From an uncultured virus (IMG/VR IMGVR_UViG_3300013132_000024) (taxonomy: Duplodnaviria > Heunggongvirae > Uroviricota > Caudoviricetes): DNA of 64,000 bases. Position 1 is the stretch's first letter. Each line of letters starts with the position of its first letter. The notes beneath the pieces are model-generated. The model saw only the letters and a program-made list of their open reading frames with translations. It did no database searches and was not told the DNA's origin. Location: IMG/VR virus record IMGVR_UViG_3300013132_000024. One strand, 5' to 3'. Below are positions 50,177 through 59,874 of this stretch, piece after piece. A program made the translations under genes and the position numbers.

Positions 50177-50876
50177 TTGTGCAGATTTTGATCAAATTGT
50201 TGAAGCTACTAAAAACCCCCTGATTAAAGGATTTACTACTAATCCTACTCTAGTAGCTAAAGCTGGAGTAACAAACTATATAGAATTTATAGATAAAACA
50301 ACCTCTTATTTAAAAGAACATCGTCCAGACACTTGTATTTCTTTTGAAGTGTTTAGTGACGATTTAAATGAAATGAGAGATCAAGCTGTACAAATCGTTT
50401 TAAAAAGCAATATAACTACTTATGTTAAAATTCCTGTTATAACTACCAATAATATTTCTACCATTGATATAGTAGAAAACTTATTAAATGCTAATATTCC
50501 GGTTAATTTAACAGCGGTATTTACTTCAGATCAAATAGCAAGTTTTTTTGATATTATGAGACAATACAAAACTCCTTCAATTATATCTATATTTGCAGGT
50601 AGATTATATGATATAGGTATAGATGCAGTAAATTCTATAATATTTGAAACAGATTCTATGAAAGGTTATTTACATAACGTTGAAGTTCTTTGGGCTTCAC
50701 CTAGACAAGTATATGATTATAAACTAGCGCAAGAAGCAGGATGTGATATTATTACTATGACTCCTGAATTAATTAAAAAATTATCTTTGTTAGAAAATAA
50801 AACTATTGACGAGTATTGTTTAGATACTGTAAAAATGTTTTACGAAGACGGAAAAAAAACAGGGTTTAAAATATGA
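50157..50876 (+). CDS. tal: Transaldolase
   Basis: GFTTNPTL, YVKIP, NLTAVF, SIFAGR, LWASPR. Confidence 0.92.
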   Translation: MIKLFCDCADFDQIVEATKNPLIKGFTTNPTLVAKAGVTNYIEFIDKTTSYLKEHRPDTCISFEVFSDDLNEMRDQAVQIVLKSNITTYVKIPVITTNNISTIDIVENLLNANIPVNLTAVFTSDQIASFFDIMRQYKTPSIISIFAGRLYDIGIDAVNSIIFETDSMKGYLHNVEVLWASPRQVYDYKLAQEAGCDIITMTPELIKKLSLLENKTIDEYCLDTVKMFYEDGKKTGFKI

Positions 50877-51877
50877 TAGGATTTGAAGAAAACGAAATAT
50901 CTAAAAATGCATTTGGTGGTACTGAATTAGCTAAAAGAAAATTGGCTAAAATTCTAGATCCTAATTTATTGGATAATTTCCAAATTATTTCATCTAGATT
51001 TAGAGACTTTAATTTTGATAAAATCAGAGTATTTTGGTGTCATGATCTCCCTGAAGACCCTGAGTCTGCTAAATTTAAAGAATCTTCGTTTGTATCAAAC
51101 ATACACAAATATGTTTTTATTTCTAATTGGCAATATCAAAGATACCAATTAATACATGGTATACCATATGATAATAAATCTATAGTAATAGAATCTGGAA
51201 TAGAACCAGCCCCAGAGAATGTGTTTGATAAAAAAGATATAGGAACTATAAGATTAGTATATACTTCTACACCACAAAGAGGATTAAATATTCTTGTTCC
51301 TGTATTTAAGAAATTGTGTGAAATACACAAAGATATACATTTAGACGTTTTTTCATCTTTTAAAATATATGGTTGGGATGAAATAGATAAACAATATGAA
51401 CCATTATATAATGATATAAGAGAACATCCACAAATGACATATCATGGGTTTGTGGAAAATTCTGTTTTAAAAGAACATTTAACTAAAAGTCATATATTTG
51501 CTTATCCTTCTATATGGTTAGAAACATCATGTAGAGCAATGTTAGAAGCTATGTCAGCAGGATTAGTGTGTGTTCATCCGAATTATGGCGCTTTATCAGA
51601 AACATCAGGTTCGTTAAACGTGATGTATCATGGTGATTTTAATAATTTAAATATGCATGCTACTATATTTGCTAATCATTTAAATGCTGCTATTAATCTT
51701 GTAAAAGAATATAAACACCATAATATGATTCGTTTTGGTAAAAGTTACGTAGACTCTAGATATAATATTGATAGGATTAAATCACAATGGGAAATAATGT
51801 TAAAAGATTTAATAGAAGAATATCCTACAATAGAATCTAGACAACGAATAAAACAAGAATTTGTATATAAAACATGA
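50873..51877 (+). CDS. GT4-like glycosyltransferase
   Basis: GGTE, YTSTPQRGL, YPSIWLETSCRAMLEAMSAG (EX7E). Confidence 0.88.
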   Translation: MIGFEENEISKNAFGGTELAKRKLAKILDPNLLDNFQIISSRFRDFNFDKIRVFWCHDLPEDPESAKFKESSFVSNIHKYVFISNWQYQRYQLIHGIPYDNKSIVIESGIEPAPENVFDKKDIGTIRLVYTSTPQRGLNILVPVFKKLCEIHKDIHLDVFSSFKIYGWDEIDKQYEPLYNDIREHPQMTYHGFVENSVLKEHLTKSHIFAYPSIWLETSCRAMLEAMSAGLVCVHPNYGALSETSGSLNVMYHGDFNNLNMHATIFANHLNAAINLVKEYKHHNMIRFGKSYVDSRYNIDRIKSQWEIMLKDLIEEYPTIESRQRIKQEFVYKT

Positions 51878-52851
51878 TAGTTTCTCAAACTCCTCTAAGA
51901 ATATCATTTTTCTCAGGAGGTTCTGATCTTCCTTCTTTTTATCAATATGAAGATGGAGCAGCTTTATCAGTAACCATAGATAAATTTATCTATGTGTGTA
52001 CTCACGAAACTCCATATACTGGTATAAAAACTATGTTTGATGATGTATCTATAAATACATCATTTGAAGGCATGCAACTTGGTATAGCTAGAGAAGTAAT
52101 GCTGAATAATTATACTAAACACCCACAAATTACTATTGCTTCTATGTCTGATATTAAAACTAAAGGTTCAGGATTAGGGTCATCATCAGCATTTACTGTT
52201 GGATTAATAAAGAACGTATTAGCTCATTGTAAGCTTAGTATCTCTAAACTTAATCTAGCAGAAGAAGCTTTTAATATAGAACATAATTTTTGTAAATATC
52301 CTGTAGGTAAACAAGACCAATATGCAGCAGCATTTGGTGGATTTAATTTGTTTGAATTCAAACAAAATGGATATGTTACTAGAACAGAATTACCATTATC
52401 AGACAAAATACTAGAATTTCAAAATAGATTATTATTGGTTTGTTCTGGTCGTGGAAGAAATGGTAATAGTATATTAGGAGAACAAGAAAAAGCCGTTTTA
52501 GATAAAGAAAAATTTAATCTTATTAAAGCGGGACGTAATAAAGCTTATCTAGCGTTTGACCAATTAAAGGTTGGTAATATAGATAATATAGGAGAAATGT
52601 TACACCAAGCTTGGATAGATAAGAAAAAGATAGTATCTTCTATATCCGATGTATATTTTGACGATATATATGAAAAAGCTATAAATGCAGGAGCAATAGG
52701 TGGTAAACTATTAGGAGCAGGTGGTGGCGGATTTTTTATATTCTATGTTCCACTAGATAAGAAAGAAAAAGTTATAAATACATTTAAGAATACTGAATGT
52801 ACAGTATATCAATTTAAATTTACCGAAGAAGGTTCTAAAATTATTCTATGA
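51874..52851 (+). CDS. hddA: Heptose-7-phosphate kinase (GHMP family)
   Basis: TPLRISF.SGGSD, GSGLGSSS, GKQDQY, GGKLLGAGGGGF. Confidence 0.88.
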   Translation: MIVSQTPLRISFFSGGSDLPSFYQYEDGAALSVTIDKFIYVCTHETPYTGIKTMFDDVSINTSFEGMQLGIAREVMLNNYTKHPQITIASMSDIKTKGSGLGSSSAFTVGLIKNVLAHCKLSISKLNLAEEAFNIEHNFCKYPVGKQDQYAAAFGGFNLFEFKQNGYVTRTELPLSDKILEFQNRLLLVCSGRGRNGNSILGEQEKAVLDKEKFNLIKAGRNKAYLAFDQLKVGNIDNIGEMLHQAWIDKKKIVSSISDVYFDDIYEKAINAGAIGGKLLGAGGGGFFIFYVPLDKKEKVINTFKNTECTVYQFKFTEEGSKIIL

Positions 52852-53687
52852 TTATTGTTGATTTTTCTCAAGTAACATATTCAACTTTAATGACACAATT
52901 AGGGTTTGATACTTCTAAAATTACAGAAGTAAACGAAGATATGCTAAGACATATGATCCTAAATTGTTTAAGATCATATAATACAAAATATAAAGATAAA
53001 TATGGTGAAATGGTCATTGCCTGTGATTCTTCTTCGTGGAGAAAAGAATATTTCCCTTATTATAAAGCAAATAGAAAAAAGGCTAGAGATCAATCAGAAT
53101 ATGATTGGGAATCGTTATACAAGATTGTCAATAAAATACGTGATGAAGTAAAGGCTTTCTTGCCATATAGAGTTATTCATATAGAAAAAGCAGAAGCTGA
53201 TGATATTATTGCTGCTTTAGTAATACAATATTCTAAATACGAAAATATTTTAATCCTTTCTGGTGATAAAGATTTTGTGCAGCTACATAATTCTAATATT
53301 AAACAATACGATCCAACCAGAAAAAAAGAAGTATCTCATCCTAGACCAGATATATATTTGATAGAACATATTATAAAAGGTGATAGTGGTGATGGAATTC
53401 CTAATATTTTAAGCCCTGATAATTGTTTGGTTGTTGGTCAAAGACAAAAACCAATAACCAATAAAAGATTAGAAAGTTTAAAGAACGATCCAATTCAAGA
53501 TACATCAATATTAAGAAATTTTACAAGAAACAGAAATTTGATAGATTTGTCCTTAACTCCTCAAGAGATTAAAGATAAAATATTACAAGAATATATTGAT
53601 CAACAAGGTAAAAATAGATCAATGATGCTATCTTATTTTATGAACAATAAACTTAAGATATTAACTGAACATATATCTGATTTTTAA
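52848..53687 (+). CDS. rnh: T4-type RNase H / 5'-3' exonuclease
   Basis: WRK..FPYYKANR, EADD, SGDKDFVQL, GDSGDGIPN. Confidence 0.93.
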   Translation: MIIVDFSQVTYSTLMTQLGFDTSKITEVNEDMLRHMILNCLRSYNTKYKDKYGEMVIACDSSSWRKEYFPYYKANRKKARDQSEYDWESLYKIVNKIRDEVKAFLPYRVIHIEKAEADDIIAALVIQYSKYENILILSGDKDFVQLHNSNIKQYDPTRKKEVSHPRPDIYLIEHIIKGDSGDGIPNILSPDNCLVVGQRQKPITNKRLESLKNDPIQDTSILRNFTRNRNLIDLSLTPQEIKDKILQEYIDQQGKNRSMMLSYFMNNKLKILTEHISDF

Positions 53688-53696
53688 GGAGAAACA

Positions 53697-54371
53697 ATGC
53701 AAATTAGTGTAAGTGAATTTTTAGAAAAAGTATCTAAATTAAAAACAGACAAAGAAAAAATTGAAGCATTAAAATATAATGATTCTCTAGTATTACGTTC
53801 TGTTTTACAAGGAGCGTTTGATCCAAATGTTAAATGGTTATTGCCAGAAGGAACTCCTCCTTATAAATCTAATGAATTAGTAGATCAAGAACATATCTTT
53901 ATAAAAGAAGTAAGAAAATTACCATATTTTATAGAAGGATTTTATCCACAATTAAACCAAAATAAAAGAGAAATGATGTTTGTGGAAATGTTAGAATCCA
54001 TAGATAAAAATGATGCAATTATGTTATGTCATTTAAAAGATAAAAAATTACCTTGGAAAGGTATAACTGGATATCATGTTCAAGAAGCTTTTCCAGATTT
54101 AATGCCTAATTATGTTTACGAACCTAATAAGGAGGAAGATAAAGAAACCTTTCTGGAGAAAAAAGATAAAATCTTATGTCCGCATTGTGGTACTGAAGGT
54201 TCTTCGAAAGCGATGATGAATAGATATCATTTTGATAATTGTAAGAAAAAACCAGTTTTACAACAAGAAACAATAACTAATGATGTAATAGAAATACCAG
54301 ATTCAGTTCACGAAGAAAATAAAATTCTTGAAGGAATAGATTTAACTATATTAGCAGAAAAGGAGCAATAA
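53697..54371 (+). CDS. Conserved T4-like protein with C-terminal CPHC...HFDNC extension
   Basis: FDPNVKWLLPEGTPPY...KREMMF.EMLE. Confidence 0.7.
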   Translation: MQISVSEFLEKVSKLKTDKEKIEALKYNDSLVLRSVLQGAFDPNVKWLLPEGTPPYKSNELVDQEHIFIKEVRKLPYFIEGFYPQLNQNKREMMFVEMLESIDKNDAIMLCHLKDKKLPWKGITGYHVQEAFPDLMPNYVYEPNKEEDKETFLEKKDKILCPHCGTEGSSKAMMNRYHFDNCKKKPVLQQETITNDVIEIPDSVHEENKILEGIDLTILAEKEQ

Positions 54372-54550
54372 AATACAACAATGAGTAAATCTAAACATTA
54401 CAGCAAATACGATTACGAAGACGAAGAAATTTCTATTTCTAAAACTAAAGAAGAAAATAAAAATAAGAGACGACAAAAAAGATTAAAAGCGGCATTAAAA
54501 ACAAAAAATATAGATGAAATATTAAGACAAACTTATGAAGAAGATTATTA

Positions 54551-54793
54551 ATGCCAACATATAAATTTCTAAATACTAAAACAAATAAAGAATACGAAGA
54601 TTTCATGAGTATTTCTGCTTTAGATGATTATTTGAGAGATAACCCTCATATAATACAATTAGTCCATGGTGCTCCAATGATAGTATCTGGTCGTGGTATG
54701 ACCAAACCAGATAATACATTTAGAGATATATTGAAAGAGATAAAAAAGAAAAATTCAAAAGGTATAAGTAAGAGTACGATTAACGATTTTTAG
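54551..54793 (+). CDS. Conserved T4-like hypothetical protein
   Basis: MPTYKF...E.FMSIS...KPDNTFRDILKEIK. Confidence 0.7.
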   Translation: MPTYKFLNTKTNKEYEDFMSISALDDYLRDNPHIIQLVHGAPMIVSGRGMTKPDNTFRDILKEIKKKNSKGISKSTINDF

Positions 54794-54801
54794 GAGTATA
54801 A

Positions 54802-55518
54802 ATGTCTAGAAAAGAAAAAAGAAAAATCCCTTCTAATCTAGAAAATAAATTAAATTTTGAATTAAAAGAAATAATACCATTAACAAACAATCAAAAGAAA
54901 GTCTTTCAATATTACAGTCAAAATAAACATTTAATGTTACATGGACTTGCTGGAACTGGTAAAAGTTTTATATCTATATTTCTGTCTCTAAAAGAAATAT
55001 TAAATAGTACTGACTCTATATATAAGAAACTCTATATCATTCGTAGTGCTGTATCTACTCGTGATATAGGATTTATGCCAGGAAAAATAAAAGATAAAAT
55101 AGGAGTATATGAAGCTCCTTATTATAATATTTGTTCTAAATTATATAATCGTAGTGATGCTTATGAATATTTAAAGAATAAAGGTATCATAGAATTTATG
55201 ACTACTTCGTTTATACGGGGTATTACATTAGAAAATTGTATTATTATTGTTGATGAAATGGCTAATTTAAATTTACATGAATTAGATTCTATTATAACCA
55301 GACTTGGAGAAAATTCTAAAATTATATTCTGTGGTGATTTTTCTCAAACAGATTTTACTAAAGAATCTGAAAAAGCCGGACTTCCTAAATTTATGGATAT
55401 ATTGAGAAATATAAAATCTTTCGGTGTTGTAGAATTTGATAACGAAGAAGATATTGTTCGTTCTGGTATAGTTAAGGAATATTTAATACAAAAAAGAAAA
55501 TTAGGGATATCTACATGA
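54802..55518 (+). CDS. phoH: PhoH-family ATPase
   Basis: GLAGTGKS, IGFMPG, FIRGITL, IIVDE, CGDFSQTD, DIVRS. Confidence 0.93.
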   Translation: MSRKEKRKIPSNLENKLNFELKEIIPLTNNQKKVFQYYSQNKHLMLHGLAGTGKSFISIFLSLKEILNSTDSIYKKLYIIRSAVSTRDIGFMPGKIKDKIGVYEAPYYNICSKLYNRSDAYEYLKNKGIIEFMTTSFIRGITLENCIIIVDEMANLNLHELDSIITRLGENSKIIFCGDFSQTDFTKESEKAGLPKFMDILRNIKSFGVVEFDNEEDIVRSGIVKEYLIQKRKLGIST

Positions 55519-55760
55519 AATCGTTAAAAGAATTTATAAAATCAACAATTGAATTTAATGGAAATTCAGTTTATTCTGTTGCTATTGCTAATGGTTATAA
55601 AAATATAAGAAATCTTGACTCTAGTAATAAAATATACAATCATCCTAATGGTAAATTTATTAGACACAATAGTCGAACAGATGAATGGGCACACGGGGAT
55701 AATGATAATATACAAACTGGGGTTGGTGGAGATGCACTTCACGATCATTTAAGCGGATAA
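55515..55760 (+). CDS. Small putative internal head protein
   Basis: Starts MKSLKEFI; C-terminus similar to 56403..56678. Confidence 0.5.
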   Translation: MKSLKEFIKSTIEFNGNSVYSVAIANGYKNIRNLDSSNKIYNHPNGKFIRHNSRTDEWAHGDNDNIQTGVGGDALHDHLSG

Positions 55761-55761
55761 T

Positions 55762-56406
55762 ATGAAATTTAAACATGAATTTGTGAATTATCTAAAATTA
55801 AATACTGAAACTGTTGATGGTAAAAGACATTATGTTCTTCCTACTGGAGAAAAGTTAAAATCAGTAACAACTGTACTTGACGAAAAATTAGATAAAACAG
55901 CATTATTGGAATGGAAGAAGCGCGTTGGACCAGAAGAGGCTCAGCGCGTTTCAACACAAGCACGTAATAGAGGTACTGCTATTCATATTTTAGCAGAACG
56001 TTATGTTCTTAACGAAGAAAATTATACGCGCGGCGCTATGCCTGTTAATATAGCATTATTTGAAACACTTATTCCACATATAAATAAGGGCCTTGATACC
56101 GTATTAGGTGTAGAAATACCGCTTTATTCAAAAGCTCTAAAGGTTGCTGGGAGAGCGGATTTAGTAGGGGTATATAAAGGTAGGCCCGCCGTTCTAGATT
56201 TTAAAACAAGCAAAAAAACAAAAAAGGTTGAATGGATAGAAAATTATATACTTCAATGTACTTGTTATTCAATGATGTTTGAACGAATGTATAAAATTCA
56301 AGTACCTCAAATAGTTATAATGATCGCTGTAGATAATGAACCCCCTCAAGTGTTTGAACTTGAGAGGGCTAATTATGTTGGTCGTGTATTAGAGATATTT
56401 GGTTAG
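55762..56406 (+). CDS. PD-(D/E)xK exonuclease
   Basis: SVTTVL, RGTAIH, VEIPL, AGRADL, LDFKT, Q...Y. Confidence 0.88.
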   Translation: MKFKHEFVNYLKLNTETVDGKRHYVLPTGEKLKSVTTVLDEKLDKTALLEWKKRVGPEEAQRVSTQARNRGTAIHILAERYVLNEENYTRGAMPVNIALFETLIPHINKGLDTVLGVEIPLYSKALKVAGRADLVGVYKGRPAVLDFKTSKKTKKVEWIENYILQCTCYSMMFERMYKIQVPQIVIMIAVDNEPPQVFELERANYVGRVLEIFG

Positions 56407-56678
56407 TTGTTGTGTAAGTGTAATAAATGTTGAAGTAACTTATTCATACCCCTACCTTCTGTTTCTTTTCCTTTATTATCTACATGCGACCAATATGTTG
56501 AAGTATGGTGAAGAGCTAACCAATTACCGTTGTCATCTGCATGTTCAGTAGTATTTTGACTTTTATTAAACTCTGAACGATCTTCCATATAACCAAATGA
56601 ATTTAATTTTTCTTTATATTTTGGAATACGATAAGGTTTTATTTCTTGTTCTATAATAAATTGTTTAAAGGTTTTCAT
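56403..56678 (-). CDS. Small putative internal head protein
   Basis: Starts MKTFKQFIIE, resembling T4 capsid-targeting MKTYQEFIAE; TAAATA upstream. Confidence 0.6.
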   Translation of the reverse strand: MKTFKQFIIEQEIKPYRIPKYKEKLNSFGYMEDRSEFNKSQNTTEHADDNGNWLALHHTSTYWSHVDNKGKETEGRGMNKLLQHLLHLHNN

Positions 56679-56707
56679 TATTTTCTATTTTTTTAAGAGT
56701 ATTTAAA

Positions 56708-56743
56708 AATAAACCTTCTAACTGTACAGTTAGAAGGTTTATT
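56708..56743. terminator. Perfect 36-bp palindrome, probable terminator after tRNA-Trp
   Basis: AATAAACCTTCTAACTGT-ACAGTTAGAAGGTTTATT. Confidence 0.7.
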
Positions 56744-56746
56744 ATC

Positions 56747-56820
56747 TGGCACCGGAGGTAGGAATCGAACCCACATCTTCTGTTTTGGAGGCAGACGTTA
56801 TACCATTTCACTACACCGAT
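56747..56820 (-). tRNA. tRNA-Trp(CCA)
   Basis: Loop CTCCAAA, G-CCA. Confidence 0.88.
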
Positions 56821-57228
56821 ATATTCTATTTATCCAAATTTCTTCTTTAATCTTTCGTATTCTTTTCTCTCATTTTCTTTTTTCTTCTTTTTATTTATTT
56901 TTTCTGTTTCTAAAGACTTTATATAATTTTTAAGAGCTCTTTGTTCCCATTCTTCTTCTAGTTCTTCTTCAATATATTGTATATAAATAATATTATCGTA
57001 ATCGTAATCTTTTATAACTTTTGCATTATTACGTTGTTCTAATGTTAATTTATTTATATTGCTATGTAAATCTTCTAAAAATGTATCTAAATCAATATTG
57101 TATAAAAAGTTTATTGTTTTATATAATTTTTTTCTTGAGCTAAATTTCTTAGCCTTGGCTATCAATGTTGATGTTATTTTCATTTTCTTTCTTTTAGTCT
57201 CAGATTTTACTAAAAATTTCTATACGAT

Positions 57229-57268
57229 ATGGTAGGTTTCAACTATTTTGTAGATTTCCCATTCTCCT
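57229..57268. repeat. Direct repeat copy 1 (copy 2 at 57891-57931)
   Basis: 34 nt identical core GGTTTCAACTATTTTGTAGATTTCCCATTCTCCT. Confidence 0.9.
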
Positions 57269-57269
57269 C

Positions 57270-57620
57270 AGATTCCAATTTTTCATCGTTTTTGGGGACT
57301 TGGTGCACAACAATTCGTTTTGAAATTTTCAAGGCAAGCGCTTCAACTTGGTACGTGACCGGCTTCGTTATAGCTTCAGGAAGGACCTTCACGGAAGCAA
57401 CAATCATGCCCAATAGCGACACCACAAAGACGGTGCCTTCGAGCAGGTTGCGCGTATTCCCTTGGCGCATAGAGAGTAGTGTTCTACCGTTCATTACGCG
57501 GTCCGCTCATCTCAGTTGGCGACTAGTTGGGCTCTTAGGTGATGAACTGTGGGATAGTATGGCTAGCTGCTCCAGGATTACTTATTAGGTCATATCAACC
57601 TATTTAGTAAATCCTGGAGC
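57270..57620. other. GC-rich tract, candidate structured ncRNA
   Basis: Much higher GC than flanks; hairpin GCTCCAGGA/TCCTGGAGC; long-range GCCCAA/TTGGGC and GTTCAT/ATGAAC. Confidence 0.45.
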
Positions 57621-57625
57621 CTATG

Positions 57626-57712
57626 CGGAAGAGTGGTAGTGTCGATCTCCATGGGTTTTAAGCCACCATCGGTTTTCAAGACCGTGACGAGGGCCGCCTC
57701 GCTTACTCTTCC
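57626..57712 (-). tRNA. tRNA-Ser(UGA), atypical, CCA not encoded
   Basis: GGAAGAG/CTCTTCC-G, loop CTTGAAA, long variable arm. Confidence 0.75.
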
Positions 57713-57890
57713 TTATCTTTATTAAACTTTACAATCACTATATTGTCTTTAATTTCAGTAATTGGTTGTTTATTTCCTTGTTTTATCTTAGCAGCTTCAT
57801 ATTTACTTTTATCGTTAGATATCCACCAAGATTCATCTTTTGACCATATAACACTATATGTTTCTAACATATATTTTTTTAGATAATCAG

Positions 57891-57931
57891 ATGGTAGGGT
57901 TTCAACTATTTTGTAGATTTCCCATTCTCCT
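57891..57931. repeat. Direct repeat copy 2, inside ORF 57703..58200
   Basis: Matches 57229-57268 with one extra G. Confidence 0.9.
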
Positions 57932-58217
57932 GATTGCCATATTAAACCATATTTTAAATACCATGGATGAAATTCAAAATTATCATTAAATGCTTTTAAC
58001 ACAATTTTACGTTTGTTTGTTTTTTTACTTACAAAACAATATATAATAGCTTTAGATGTTATTATTTTTTCTTCGTTATGAAACTTTATTTCAGTATAAC
58101 CCAAATATTCCCATTTACTTAGATTAACTCCAATCAGATATGTATCTTCTTCTTCGTATTTTGTATTTTTAGAGAATAATGTTTTTAACCAAGATAACAT
58201 AACTTAATCTTTTATAA

Positions 58218-58293
58218 TGGTATCCGTTGAGGGAATCGAACCCAACCATCACTCGCTAATCAGGCGAGGGCCTTACCGTTAGACGAAACGGAT
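58218..58293 (-). tRNA. tRNA-Ile(GAU), U37
   Basis: CTCGC-CTGATTA-GCGAG, A-CCA. Confidence 0.85.
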
Positions 58294-58783
58294 ATAATAT
58301 TTACTTCAACCATCCTCTAGTTTTTTGAGGAAACTTTAATGTAATACCTAAGCTTTCAAGCTTTTTAATTAATTCTACATCAGGATTGAATTTTACTAAT
58401 TCATCAAATAATGGTGTTCTAACTGTTAAATTTAGTTTACCATCATGTTCTTCTTCGTAATCTCTAGAACCGTATTTTAATCCAGTTTCTGGATCTTTCT
58501 TATATAATGTAATAGTTATATATACATCAGGATCATTTACATCATAATCTGCGTAAGGAAACAAATCATCAGACTTAACAATTTCGCGAAGAGTTTGTAT
58601 AATTTCCTTAGTATCGACCTTAATTTCAGCCATTATTTATCCTCATATTTTGCTTTTAATCTTTATAATTCAGCTAATTCTTTGTTTTTAATTTTTTTCT
58701 CTTTTATTCTATCTAATTCTTGATGTTTTTCCCACCATATCAGAATCATAATCTTTACAAGCCATTATTTATCTTCATTTAAG

Positions 58784-58857
58784 TGGTGCCGAATATCAGA
58801 ATCGAACTGATGTCACTGGGTTACAAAGCCAGGGTAATACCACTATACGAAATCGGC
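58784..58857 (-). tRNA. tRNA-Thr(UGU)
   Basis: Loop TTTGTAA, CCA. Confidence 0.88.
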
Positions 58858-58932
58858 TGGCGCCTGCGAAGGGAATCGAACCCTCCTCACCCGTTAGACA
58901 GACGGATCGCTTCACCAGACGCGTACGCAGGC
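58858..58932 (-). tRNA. tRNA-Asp(GUC), U37
   Basis: Loop CTGTCTA, G-CCA; abuts tRNA-Thr with no spacer. Confidence 0.88.
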
Positions 58933-59283
58933 TTATTGATGATGAAAGTATTTATTACTTCTTAAATAAGTAAAATCATAGTATTCTAAATCAATAATAT
59001 CTGAAATATCATTATTAAATTGCATTAATGCAATTGCTTTTACTACATCATTTAATTCACGTTCTAAATCTGTTCTATTTCCTTTATGATTCGGATTAGT
59101 AGGATCAAAAGAATTATAACCGTGTCTTAAAATTTTACCAATAGCTTGTTGAACTTCACCTAATTCTTCAGACAGATATGCTAATCTTTCTAATTCAGGT
59201 GGAGTCAATTTGTTGAAAATTTGTACAAGTTGGTGTTCCATTTTCATCATATCTCCATTCGTCAGGAAAATTGGGATCTTCAA
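58933..59283 (-). CDS. MazG-like NTP pyrophosphohydrolase (start uncertain)
   Basis: LSEELGEV..AI.K..RHG...LERELND. Confidence 0.65.
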   Translation of the reverse strand: MKIPIFLTNGDMMKMEHQLVQIFNKLTPPELERLAYLSEELGEVQQAIGKILRHGYNSFDPTNPNHKGNRTDLERELNDVVKAIALMQFNNDISDIIDLEYYDFTYLRSNKYFHHQ

Positions 59284-59453
59284 AATTATTAATTTCAGCT
59301 GCTAATATAATATTTAAATTACAATCCATAGAACCTGTAGTTTCATCTTCAACATAATGTTTACACCCATAACAAAATTTTTCAAAGAATAATTCTGCTT
59401 CGGTTCCATTACTAGGACGATATAACCTCATTATATTAATCCTTATATTAGAA

Positions 59454-59530
59454 TGGAGAGCCAGGTCGGGCTCGAACCGACATTCTTAGGTTTTGCAGAC
59501 CGTGCCGTAACCATTCCGGCGCACTGACTC
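59454..59530 (-). tRNA. tRNA-Cys(GCA)
   Basis: Loop CTGCAAA, U73-CCA. Confidence 0.85.
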
Positions 59531-59682
59531 AATTTCTTCTTTTAATTCTTTTAAAGCTATCTTTTTAAGTTTTTCTTCTTTAAAATTTATAATTTCACAA
59601 CAATTACAACCTAATCTTTTGGTTTTTTTACCTTTTAGATTAAATCTACCAGATTTAGGATATTTCATACTACCTCAATTTT

Positions 59683-59758
59683 TGGTGCGGGCAGAAGGAT
59701 TCGAACCCTCGTCTCTTGGTTGGAAGCCAAGCATAATTAGCCTTTATACTATGCACGC
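59683..59758 (-). tRNA. tRNA-Gly(UCC)
   Basis: Loop CTTCCAA, CCA. Confidence 0.9.
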
Positions 59759-59874
59759 TCTTTTTCTTTTATGATACAATTTTATTTTTCAGAATGATTT
59801 TTACCAATATAAAATTTACCATTAATTTTGTTTGTTATTCTATAAACTGTGTAAACCAATATACCAACCACGCA

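Noticed and set aside
55762..56406. Cas4
   Set aside because: PD-(D/E)xK nuclease lacking the four-Cys Fe-S pattern; ordinary T4-like exonuclease context
57626..57712. tRNA-Sec or opal suppressor
   Set aside because: Anticodon reads UGA (Ser), not UCA, despite the GGAAGA start
57229..57931. Diversity-generating retroelement TR/VR pair
   Set aside because: No adenine-specific mismatches and no reverse transcriptase in the window
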